Origin: an uncultured Oxalobacter sp. | Lineage (GTDB): Bacteria; Pseudomonadota; Gammaproteobacteria; Burkholderiales; Burkholderiaceae_D | Reading direction: 5' to 3' | Length of the DNA stretch: 64,000 nucleotides | Assembly (NCBI GenBank): GCA_964488675.1 | Contig: CAZAWA010000001.1 | Location: 9,785-73,784, forward strand | In this document: positions 27,973-36,301 of the stretch, piece after piece | Layout of the letters: each line of letters begins with the position of its first letter | How positions within the stretch are numbered: the first letter of the stretch is position 1 | Position numbers and translations under genes: made by a program | The notes under the pieces: model-generated | The model's input: the letters and a program-made list of their open reading frames with translations, nothing else | Told to the model about the DNA's origin: nothing | Databases searched by the model: none

Positions 27973-28839
27973 CTAAAACATTTCGAGAAACAGCCTGGCC
28001 GGCGCCGACAGGCGTTTGCCTTTCTGCCAGACTACGGCAACCGAAGATTCCAGCTGGCAGTCGGCAATCTCCATCGCATGAAAATCTGACGGTCGCAAAT
28101 TCAAAGTCGAGCGCGGCATAATTGCCGTTCCCAGTCCCCGCTCGACCAGTGACAACAGTGCCAGCACATTGTCGCTTTCGCAGAAGATCGTGGGTGACAT
28201 GCCGGCAGCGGCAAACGCATCCAGCACCATGTCATGCGAGCGAATGCCGTCTTGCCGGTGCATCAGAAGCAGCGGCGTTTCAGCCAGTGTTGCCAGTGTG
28301 ATGTTTTTCGGCTGGCGCGAGGGCTTTTTGGGCAAAATGGCCACCCAGGGCTCGGTCAGCAACAGGATCGAGTCGTACGCCCCTTCCCGCACCGGCAGGC
28401 GCACGATGCCGAACTCGATGATTTGAGAGTCCAGCAATTCCAGTATCCGGAAGGTATTGCCCTCACGCCACTGGAACTGGATTTCAGGATATCGCTCATG
28501 AAACGACTTGATGCGGTCCGGCATGAACAGGCTCCCAACCGCAGGGGGACTGCCCACCGCAAGAATGCCGCGCATCGCGCCATCGTGTTCGCGCACCTCC
28601 TTTGCCGCCGCATCGACCAGGCCGACGATTTGTTCCGCACGCTGGTACAGCGCGTGACCGGCTTTGGTCAGGCTCAGGCTGCGCGTGGTGCGCTCCACCA
28701 ATTGCACGCCCAGTTCCCGCTCCAGCAGCTTGAGTTGCAGGCTGAGCGGGGGCTGCGCCATGTGCAGTCGTTGTGCCGCGCGGCTGATTTTCCCTTCTTC
28801 AGCTATCGCCATGAAATATCGCAGTTGACGGATGTCCAT
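27973..28839 (-). CDS. LysR-family transcriptional regulator
   Basis: MDIRQLRYFMAIAEEGKISRAAQRLHMAQPPLSLQLKLLERELG from the internal ATG at 28839. Divergent from the reductase gene. Confidence 0.9.
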   Translation of the reverse strand: MDIRQLRYFMAIAEEGKISRAAQRLHMAQPPLSLQLKLLERELGVQLVERTTRSLSLTKAGHALYQRAEQIVGLVDAAAKEVREHDGAMRGILAVGSPPAVGSLFMPDRIKSFHERYPEIQFQWREGNTFRILELLDSQIIEFGIVRLPVREGAYDSILLLTEPWVAILPKKPSRQPKNITLATLAETPLLLMHRQDGIRSHDMVLDAFAAAGMSPTIFCESDNVLALLSLVERGLGTAIMPRSTLNLRPSDFHAMEIADCQLESSVAVVWQKGKRLSAPARLFLEMF

Positions 28840-28962
28840 GTTTTTCCCCTCACTCACCAATTCATATTTTATCGGTATATATAACTGATTTAAAAAGTAT
28901 TTTTCATATAAGTATTCTGCGATTACACTTAAGCCAATGAATTGCGCTTTCTCGGAGGTCAC

Positions 28963-29946
28963 ATGAAATTTTGCGTTTTTGGTGCCGGCGCCATCGGTGG
29001 TTATCTGGCGGTTGAACTGGCCTTGTCCGGTCAGGAGGTATGCGTGATCGCGCGCGGCGAGCATCTGGAAGCGATCAAGAAGAACGGCCTGAAACTCCTG
29101 ATCGGCGGGCAGGAAAAAATTGCGCGCATCCCGGCGAGCGACAATCCGGCGGATTTCGGTCACCAAGACTTCGTGCTATGCGCCTTGAAAGCGCACCAGT
29201 CGCATGAAAGTGCAGCAGCGTTTGCCCCGCTATTGGGGCCAAACACGGCGATGGTAACCGCCATGAACGGCATTCCCTGGTGGTATTTTTACAAGGAGGG
29301 CGGGATATTCGAGGGGCGCAAGCTGGAGTCGGTCGATCCGGGCGGCACGCAGTGGGATTTGATCGGGCCAGAACGCGCTATCGGCTGCGTGGTCGATCCG
29401 GCCTGCGAAGTGATTGCGCCCGGCGTGATCGAGCATCATGAATTCAACCGTTTCATTCTTGGCGAGCCAAACGGCACCCGATCCGAGCGCGTGGTGAAAT
29501 TGGCAGAGGCACTGACTGCGGCGAACTTCGACGCACCGATCCGCGACGCGATCCGCTGGAATGTCTGGCTCAAACTGTGGGGCAATGTCTGTTTCAATCC
29601 GATCAGCGCGCTGACGCACGCGACGCTGGATCGCATCACCACCGAACCGGGCTTGCGCGCACTGTGCAAGATGATGATGAATGAAGCGAAGGCCGTGACC
29701 GAAGCCTTGAGTGTGCATATCGGCGAGGACATGATTGATCGACGCTTGGCTGCGGCCAGCACTGTGGTCGGGCACAAGATGTCCATGCTGCAGGATCTGG
29801 AGCGGCACCGCTCAATGGAGATCGATGCACTGGTCACAGCCGTGCAGGAACTGGGAAGACTAACCGGCGTGCCGACGCCGACAGTCGATGTGGTGTTGAC
29901 ACTGGTGCAGGAGCAGGGAAGGCAGGCAGGTCTCTATAACGCCTAG
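28963..29946 (+). CDS. 2-dehydropantoate 2-reductase family (PanE/ApbA-like) oxidoreductase
   Basis: MKFCVFGAGAIGGYLA Rossmann N-terminus after GGAGG (28954-28958). The SMLQDLE motif belongs to the ketopantoate reductase family. Confidence 0.8.
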   Translation: MKFCVFGAGAIGGYLAVELALSGQEVCVIARGEHLEAIKKNGLKLLIGGQEKIARIPASDNPADFGHQDFVLCALKAHQSHESAAAFAPLLGPNTAMVTAMNGIPWWYFYKEGGIFEGRKLESVDPGGTQWDLIGPERAIGCVVDPACEVIAPGVIEHHEFNRFILGEPNGTRSERVVKLAEALTAANFDAPIRDAIRWNVWLKLWGNVCFNPISALTHATLDRITTEPGLRALCKMMMNEAKAVTEALSVHIGEDMIDRRLAAASTVVGHKMSMLQDLERHRSMEIDALVTAVQELGRLTGVPTPTVDVVLTLVQEQGRQAGLYNA

Positions 29947-30061
29947 CGCTCGTCGATCCACGAAATATGGCTCTTTCGTCTGTTCGGAACCGAAAGACAG
30001 AACGAGGTCGAATAATTTACGCGAAAAACACCTCGTAACAAAACTGCTGCTCCCATTCTGC

Positions 30062-30670
30062 CTAGGTGAACAGTTCGATATCACCCGACGCCGGTCGTGT
30101 TGTCAGGCGGCTCGCGTAATCATGCTCTCGATTCGCAATCGTGTTGTTGTGCAACTGCTTGAGCTTCTTCACCAGCACCTTGCCTGAGCGAGGGAAGAAG
30201 TAAACCTTGCGCGGAAAAACATCCTCCAGGTCTTCTGCCAGAATGCGGATTTTCTCTGCCTTGAGGTAGTCTCGAACGAACTGGGCATTGCGCTCGCCGA
30301 CATTGATGGTGTTGAAATTCTGCAGCACCGCCCCGCCACCGAAAACCTTGGCTTCGAGGTTTTCGCGTCTGGCACCTGACTTGAGCAACTCGTTGATCAG
30401 GATTTCCATCGCGTAGGTGCCGTAGCGCATCGATGCCGACAAAATGCCGCCTGGGTCGCTGCTGTCATTGGGCAGCATGAAGTGGTTCATGCCGCCTATA
30501 CCGGACATGCGGTCGCGGATGCACGCCGATACGCAGGAACCGAGCACCGTCACGATGACCATGTCCTTGGGCGTGTAGTAATACTCGCCCGGCAATATCT
30601 TGGCGGCATCCATGTCGAAGCCGCGATCGTAATAGATGTTGGTGGCGAGATGCTTGTCCAGTACGCTCAT
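30062..30670 (-). CDS. cheD: Chemoreceptor glutamine deamidase CheD
   Basis: ILPGEYYYT...VTVLGSCVSACIRD...GGMNHFMLP...KVFGGG motifs. 4-nt overlap with cheR. Confidence 0.9.
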   Translation of the reverse strand: MSVLDKHLATNIYYDRGFDMDAAKILPGEYYYTPKDMVIVTVLGSCVSACIRDRMSGIGGMNHFMLPNDSSDPGGILSASMRYGTYAMEILINELLKSGARRENLEAKVFGGGAVLQNFNTINVGERNAQFVRDYLKAEKIRILAEDLEDVFPRKVYFFPRSGKVLVKKLKQLHNNTIANREHDYASRLTTRPASGDIELFT

Positions 30671-31539
30671 GGGCTTTGCTCGCGCGCCGAGGTGCTGGCC
30701 ATCGCCGGATTGGCGAGCTGGTAAACGGTCTTGCCGCGCAGCTTGAAGGAACTGGACGCATACTGGAAGTTTTCGGAATGGCCGGCAAACAACAGCCCGT
30801 CTGGCTTTAGCAAGCCAACGAACCTGGAAAGAATTTTGCCCTGTGTGGGCTTGTCGAAATAAATCATCACATTGCGGCAGAAAATCGCATCAAAACCGCC
30901 CCTGACCGGCCAGCCATCCTCCAGCAGGTTCAGCTGCCGGAATGTGACCATGTCGCGCAATTCCTGGCGCGTGCGCACCATGCCGGCATTGCTGCCCTTC
31001 CCCCGCATGAAAAACTTTCTCAAGCGTTCCGGCGACATCTTTCCCAGCTTGTCGTCAGAGTATATCCCTGCGGCGGCAATGGAAAGTACATTGGTGTCGA
31101 TGTCCGTCGCGACGATTTTTGCTGGCGGTGTCAGCGAGTTGAACGCTTCACACAGCGTAATGGCGATGGAATAGGGTTCCTCGCCAGTCGAACTGGCCGA
31201 ACACCATACCTCCACCGGCCCCTTGCGATTCTTCATGAAATCTTTGAGGATTGGAAAGTGGTGCTCTTCGCGAAAAAACGAGGTCAGATTGGTCGTCAGG
31301 GCATTCGTGAACGACTCCCACTCATTGTCCATGCGCCCGCCTTCCAGTTCGTCCAGATAATTCTCGAACGACTTCAGACCCAGGGCGCGCAGGCGGCGAG
31401 CAATGCGGCTGTAAACCATTTCTTGCTTGGTACCGGCGAGCGATATCCCCGCGCGGCGGTATATCAAGGAGCGAACGCGGTCAAAATCCCGCGTCGTGAA
31501 TTCGAATTCCTTGTTTTTGCTCGACCTGTTTTCTGCCAC
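30667..31539 (-). CDS. cheR: Chemotaxis protein methyltransferase CheR
   Basis: EFEFTTRDFDRVRSLIYRRAGISL N-domain. SAM motif VWCSASSTGEEPYSIA. AIFCRNVMIYFD. Start chosen at GTG 31539, 6 nt after GAGGTG; the ORF opens at TTG 31581. Confidence 0.9.
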   Translation of the reverse strand: MAENRSSKNKEFEFTTRDFDRVRSLIYRRAGISLAGTKQEMVYSRIARRLRALGLKSFENYLDELEGGRMDNEWESFTNALTTNLTSFFREEHHFPILKDFMKNRKGPVEVWCSASSTGEEPYSIAITLCEAFNSLTPPAKIVATDIDTNVLSIAAAGIYSDDKLGKMSPERLRKFFMRGKGSNAGMVRTRQELRDMVTFRQLNLLEDGWPVRGGFDAIFCRNVMIYFDKPTQGKILSRFVGLLKPDGLLFAGHSENFQYASSSFKLRGKTVYQLANPAMASTSAREQSP

Positions 31540-31920
31540 GCTTTCCACCTCGGATTTCACATACCAGCACAGTACACACAAAGCTGCCGTGACTGTTGCG
31601 TTCCGTCAACGGTGCCAAAAATTCCTGTAGCGGCACGGCAATGAGGGCTCAAACAGTACCATGAATTTTGATTTGTTGCACTTGGGCAATTGTAGGGCAG
31701 CCCAAAAGCGTTGTCTGCAAACAAAACGCCATGACACAACGACAGCTTACACGCATACCGCCTGTTGTAAGCCATTGATCAGCCGAGCTTTTACCCATTA
31801 TTTCTTGACACTGCATCTATTTCAATTGAACAAGCTCTCACCCTTCGGGTATCCTTCAATGCACCATTTCCAAAGACCCTCAATTAATTCCGTGCCAACA
31901 CCATCGAAAGCGTTGCAACC

Positions 31921-33387
31921 ATGATGCATGCAGAGTGGCTCCCCGTTGTCATGCAAGGCTCGTTCAGCGAAATTTTCGTGATGGACAGCGATACCTTGCA
32001 TTTTTTGCATGTCAACCAAGCGGCGTGTCAGAATCTGCAGTACTCAGGAACCGACCTGATAGCGATGTCGCTGCCGGACATCGTTGATGCAGGCAACCAT
32101 GCTGCCTTGAAACAAAGCCTGCCGTTGCTAAACAATGCCTCCGCCCCGCAAGTCGCCATGGATGTGAATCTGGTGCGACGAGACGAAACCCGGTACGCGG
32201 CCGAACTGCGCCTGTTCAGATGCCCGTCGTCAGCGGCACCTGTCCTGATTGCCATCGCGAAGGACATCAGTACACAACAGGAAACCGCGCGCGAGCTGGG
32301 CATGAGCAAATCGCTGTTCAGCGCCATCGTGTCCAACACGCCTGGCCTGGTCTACCAGTTCCAGTTATTCCCTGACAACAAAGTGTCGTTCTCCTACCTG
32401 AGCGATGGATGCCAGCCCTTGCTCGGCCTGACGACCGAGCAACTGCTCGCAGAACCGGAGCTGTTTCTGGATTTGATCCTGCCAGAAGATCGCGCGTCCT
32501 ATCTCGAATCGATGAGCGCATCCTCGCAGGAAATGAAAGCCTGGAACTGGGAAGGTCGCATCTGGATCGATGCCTGGAAAGACATCAAGTGGATCAATCT
32601 GCGCGCATCTCCTTATCAACTCGCAGACAAAAGCGTGCAGTGGAATGGCATCATGACCAACATCACGCAGAGCAAGCTCGAACAGTTCGAGATCAAGCAT
32701 TCCCGCGCCCGTCTGGCCGAGCTGTCCGCCCACATCGAACATGTGAAGGAACTGGAACGCACACGCATTGCCAGAGAAGTGCATGATGATCTGGGCGGCA
32801 ATCTGACGGCAATAAAAATGTCGCTGGCGCTGCTGTCCAGCCGCCTTCCGCCAGGCAACAGCGAGCTGGCTGAAAAAACCGCCTACCTCGATTCGCTGGT
32901 CGACCGAACCATTGAGTCGGCTCACCGGATTGCCAGCGACCTGCGCCCAGGAATTCTTGATTTCGGCATCGTCGCCGCGCTGGAATGGCAAACCGGCGAA
33001 TTCGAAAAACAGGTCGGAATCCCGTGCAAATTTACCAGCAGCGCCGGGGAAATTGAATTGCACCCCGATCAGGCCACTGCCGTGTTCCGCATTTTTCAGG
33101 AGGCACTGACCAACATCGCCAAGCATGCCCACGCCACGCAGGTTGCCGTAAAACTGTATCACGCCAGAGGGAGCGTTACCCTGAAAATAATCGACAACGG
33201 CAAGGGTACCTCGCCGTCAGAACGCCTGAAACCCCAGTCTTTCGGCATCCGGGGCATGATCGAGCGCGCCAGTTCGCTCGGCGGCAAATTGACCATTACT
33301 CCGACCAAGGGGGGGGGCAGCACCGTTTCGATCAAGATCCCGCAAAACCGGTACTCGCCAGCCAAACGCTTTACAATGACACGATGA
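31921..33387 (+). CDS. Soluble PAS-domain sensor histidine kinase (HisKA_3 / NarX-type)
   Basis: No TM segment. Two PAS-like regions. H-box RIAREVHDDLGGNLTAI, N-box QEALTNIAKHA, G-boxes IDNGKG and GIRGMIERASSLGG. Confidence 0.85.
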   Translation: MMHAEWLPVVMQGSFSEIFVMDSDTLHFLHVNQAACQNLQYSGTDLIAMSLPDIVDAGNHAALKQSLPLLNNASAPQVAMDVNLVRRDETRYAAELRLFRCPSSAAPVLIAIAKDISTQQETARELGMSKSLFSAIVSNTPGLVYQFQLFPDNKVSFSYLSDGCQPLLGLTTEQLLAEPELFLDLILPEDRASYLESMSASSQEMKAWNWEGRIWIDAWKDIKWINLRASPYQLADKSVQWNGIMTNITQSKLEQFEIKHSRARLAELSAHIEHVKELERTRIAREVHDDLGGNLTAIKMSLALLSSRLPPGNSELAEKTAYLDSLVDRTIESAHRIASDLRPGILDFGIVAALEWQTGEFEKQVGIPCKFTSSAGEIELHPDQATAVFRIFQEALTNIAKHAHATQVAVKLYHARGSVTLKIIDNGKGTSPSERLKPQSFGIRGMIERASSLGGKLTITPTKGGGSTVSIKIPQNRYSPAKRFTMTR

Positions 33388-34037
33388 ACAGCAAGGCTAC
33401 ATCCACCATCCGGGTTCTGATTGCAGACGATCATGCCATTGTGCGTGAGGGCCTGAAACAAATTCTCGCCGATACGAAGGATATCGTTGTTGCGGCGGAG
33501 GCGAAGAACGGGAACGAAGCCATCAAACTCGCCCGCAACGGAGATTGCCAGGTAATGTTGCTGGATATTTCCATGCCAGATCGCAGCGGCATTGAGGTGC
33601 TGAAGCAAATCCGCAAGGAAGTCCCTCAACTGTCTGTGTTGATGCTCTCGATGCACCGCGAGGATCTGTATGCGATTCGCTCTCTCAAGGCGGGCGCATC
33701 CGGTTACCTGAACAAGCAAAGTGCGCCCAACGAACTGGTCAACGCCATTCGCATGGTCGCGGCTGGCATGAAGTACATCAGTTCGGAGATGGCGCAAGTG
33801 CTGGCAAGGCAGATTGGCGAAGACCTGGATGCACCGCTGCACGAAACTTTATCGGACCGCGAATACCAGACACTGACGATGATCGCCTCCGGCAAATCGG
33901 TGAGCGATATTGCCGCCGAATTGTCGCTTTCGGTCAAAACTGTCAGCGAATACCGGTCGCGACTGCTGGCAAAAATGAAGCTGAGAAACAGTGCTGAACT
34001 GACTCACTACGCAATCAAGCACCGCTTGGTGGAATAG
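33384..34037 (+). CDS. NarL/FixJ-family response regulator (REC plus LuxR HTH)
   Basis: IRVLIADDH...VMLLDISMPD...LSDREYQTLTMIASGKSVSDIAAELSLSVKTVSEYRSRLLAKM. ATGA overlap with the kinase gene. Confidence 0.9.
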   Translation: MNSKATSTIRVLIADDHAIVREGLKQILADTKDIVVAAEAKNGNEAIKLARNGDCQVMLLDISMPDRSGIEVLKQIRKEVPQLSVLMLSMHREDLYAIRSLKAGASGYLNKQSAPNELVNAIRMVAAGMKYISSEMAQVLARQIGEDLDAPLHETLSDREYQTLTMIASGKSVSDIAAELSLSVKTVSEYRSRLLAKMKLRNSAELTHYAIKHRLVE

Positions 34038-34059
34038 GTTCCGCTTTTTTTAGGTGGTG

Positions 34060-34168
34060 CCGTCTGACTTGTCGCAAAAATACAATGCGTTACCATCGCT
34101 TTTCAACCCGCCCTCCACACAATAGCTGATATATCCTTGTTCCCGTCTGACAAACTCGCAAAACAATG
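34060..34168 (+). repeat. Direct repeat pair CCGTCTGAC-N3/4-TCGCAAAA(N)CAATG upstream of and overlapping the cyclase start
   Basis: Copy 1 at 34060-34087 is ccgtctgacttgtcgcaaaaatacaatg. Copy 2 at 34143-34168 is ccgtctgacaaactcgcaaaacaatg, and its ATG is the cyclase start. Confidence 0.5.
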
Positions 34169-35779
34169 AAAAAGTCTGAATCCCAACAAACGCAAAATCC
34201 GGCTCTGATCGCCAGGGAAGTATTTCGCCTGTTGGGGCAACGGCGCATCTCTCCCACGCCCGAGGCTTACCGAACTCTTTTTTTTGAAGTTGCCGGCATC
34301 ACCGATCCGGAAAAAAGTGAGGGCAAGGACATCAAGGCATCCTCCGCGCCAGATATCGACCCCGGCACACTGATGCTGCTTTCCGGCTTTGCACGCAAGA
34401 TGTCCGGCGCGCCTGGCGATGCTGCTGACATCGGCTATCGCTTCCAGCGCGCGGTCAAATTGCAAGACTGGGACGAATATGCCAAGGGCTTGAGCCAGTT
34501 GTTTGACAAGTTCGTCCGCCCGGCGGCGAGCGCCCCGAAAAAGTCCGTCTCGCTGGTTGACATGCCAACCGAAAGCGAACAGCTGCACTATCTTCGCGAC
34601 TTGCTGGTGCGAACCCTGACATTTACTGTCGCCGCGCTGTTGCAGGATGTGCCAGATCTGGTATCCGAAACGGAGGAACTTGGCACGCTGCTCAAGACTG
34701 CCCAGACAGGCGAGGATTTCGAGAAGGCCGGTTCGCGGCTCAAGCGCCTGTCCTACAAAATCGAAATGAAAACCGGCAATACCGCCGAGCAGCAGGAACT
34801 TCTGCTGCGCCTGTTCAACCTGCTGCTCGACAATGTCGGCGAACTGCTGGAAGACGACAGCTGGCTGCGCGGGCAAATCACCATCATCCAGAACCTCGTG
34901 TCCGGGCCGCTGAACCACCGCATGCTGGAAGACGCCGAGTCCAGCCTCAAGGAAGTGATTTACAAGCAGGGCATGCTCAAACACAGCCTGACGGAAGCGA
35001 AGGATACGCTGAAAAACATGATGATCACCTTCATTGATCGCATGACTGATCTGGCCGCCAGCACCGGGCAGTATCACCAGAAAATGGAAGTGTATTCGCA
35101 AAAAATCAGCAAGGCGCAGCACATCGGCGAACTCAACAGCGTCATGAGCGAAGTCCTGCGCGACACCAGACAAATCCAGGAGGAGGCGCGCAGTTCGCGC
35201 GACCAGATGCTGGCTGCGCGCAAGGAAGCCGAAGAAGCCGAGGAGCGCGTCCACGAACTGGAGCAAAAACTGGAGCACATGAGTGAACTGGTGCGCGAGG
35301 ACGAACTCACCGGAAGCCTTAACCGGCGCGGCCTGGACGATGTTTATGAGCGCGAGGCAGCCCGTTCAGATCGCCGTGGCACCCCCCTGTGCCTTGCCTT
35401 GCTTGACCTCGACGATTTCAAGTCATTAAACGACACCTACGGCCATTTTGCAGGTGACGAAGCACTCATTCACCTCGTGCGCGTGGTGAAAGACACGCTG
35501 CGCCCGACTGATGTCATCGCCCGTTTCGGCGGCGAAGAGTTTTTGATTCTGCTGCCTGACACACGCATCGAGGATGGCACGCAAACCCTGATGCGGGTAC
35601 AACGCGCGCTGACCAGGCACTTTTTCCTGTACAGGAACGAGCAAATTCTGATTACCTTCAGTGCCGGCGTGGCGCAGCGGCACCCGAATGAGGAACAGGA
35701 CGCCGTCACCAACCGCGCCGATGCCGCCATGTACCGCGCCAAGAAAGCCGGGAAGAACCGGGTGTTCGCAGCAGAATAA
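34166..35779 (+). CDS. Diguanylate cyclase (GGDEF) with ~360-aa helical/coiled-coil N-terminal region
   Basis: LALLDLDDFKSLNDTYGHFAGDEAL, active site RFGGEEF, and I-site RPTD five residues upstream. No TM and no recognisable sensor motif in the N-terminal region. Confidence 0.9.
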   Translation: MKKSESQQTQNPALIAREVFRLLGQRRISPTPEAYRTLFFEVAGITDPEKSEGKDIKASSAPDIDPGTLMLLSGFARKMSGAPGDAADIGYRFQRAVKLQDWDEYAKGLSQLFDKFVRPAASAPKKSVSLVDMPTESEQLHYLRDLLVRTLTFTVAALLQDVPDLVSETEELGTLLKTAQTGEDFEKAGSRLKRLSYKIEMKTGNTAEQQELLLRLFNLLLDNVGELLEDDSWLRGQITIIQNLVSGPLNHRMLEDAESSLKEVIYKQGMLKHSLTEAKDTLKNMMITFIDRMTDLAASTGQYHQKMEVYSQKISKAQHIGELNSVMSEVLRDTRQIQEEARSSRDQMLAARKEAEEAEERVHELEQKLEHMSELVREDELTGSLNRRGLDDVYEREAARSDRRGTPLCLALLDLDDFKSLNDTYGHFAGDEALIHLVRVVKDTLRPTDVIARFGGEEFLILLPDTRIEDGTQTLMRVQRALTRHFFLYRNEQILITFSAGVAQRHPNEEQDAVTNRADAAMYRAKKAGKNRVFAAE

Positions 35780-36095
35780 TCACCGGAACCGGTGCATTTT
35801 GGTGGGCGTCAACCACGCAACCGAACCGATTTGCACCTTATCAAAAAGTTGCTTTTCATGCACGCGACCGTATTCCCCGCCTGCCTTAAGGAAGCACTGA
35901 TTTAACTCAATCGAGTTCAAACCGATTGGGCACCCTGCGCAAGCAACCATGACGGAAAGGCAATCTGGCCATGCACCCCAAAATGTCCAAAACCTGAGAA
36001 TTATTTTCCATGCGCCGCCAGAAATGCTCTAACTATTTGATTTTAAATGACTTTTTATGAGGCCGTCAGTCGCAAAATTGTTTTCTCGTTATGCC

Positions 36096-36122
36096 TAAAG
36101 TTTTCCCGATTACTGCCGAATA
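36096..36122 (+). promoter_or_regulatory. Sigma-28 (FliA) promoter of fliC
   Basis: TAAAGTTT - 11 nt - GCCGAATA versus the consensus TAAAGTTT-N11-GCCGATAA. About 180 nt upstream of the fliC ATG. Confidence 0.8.
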
Positions 36123-36301
36123 GATAAGCATGCAGCGAATGAGGAAACAAGGTCCATGAGACAGCAAAATATTGCCCCGATTAAACTTTCCTTCAGCTTG
36201 TCCGATAAAGCAATCAACAGCGGTCAGCTTGCGTGAAAAGCAAACCAATGTTTAGGGCGCCAGCCTGAAATAATCGAACAAAGAAATCAAGGAGAATCAT
36301 T

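Noticed and set aside
31590-31606. TGGCAC on the minus strand upstream of cheR, as a possible sigma-54 -24 element
   Set aside because: The required GC (TTGC) element at the -12 position is absent, because the spacing gives ACGG. A similar TGGCC...AGCG string at about 49767 also fails the spacing test.
34059-34068. GCCGTCTGAC, a 9/10 match to the Neisseria DNA uptake sequence GCCGTCTGAA
   Set aside because: This is the only full near-match I noticed in 64 kb. The second nearby copy is the shorter CCGTCTGAC. True DUS-bearing genomes show many copies, often as inverted pairs in terminators. It is better explained as part of the local direct repeat.
34103-35278. 391-aa ORF antisense to the diguanylate cyclase. 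Similar long antisense ORFs occur at 14614-15606, 16005-16958, 18877-19911, 22301-23209, 26812-28089, 10977-11648 and 12784-13512.
   Set aside because: Each lies opposite a gene with clear family motifs. Their translations are Arg/Ala/Gly/His-rich and carry no recognisable motifs. Such stop-free antisense frames are expected in GC-biased coding DNA.
35908-35928. Hairpin caatcg-agttcaaac-cgattg with a TTCAAA loop reminiscent of a tRNA T-arm
   Set aside because: The stem and loop geometry (6-bp stem, 9-nt loop) is wrong for a T-arm. No acceptor, D or anticodon arms can be built from the flanks.
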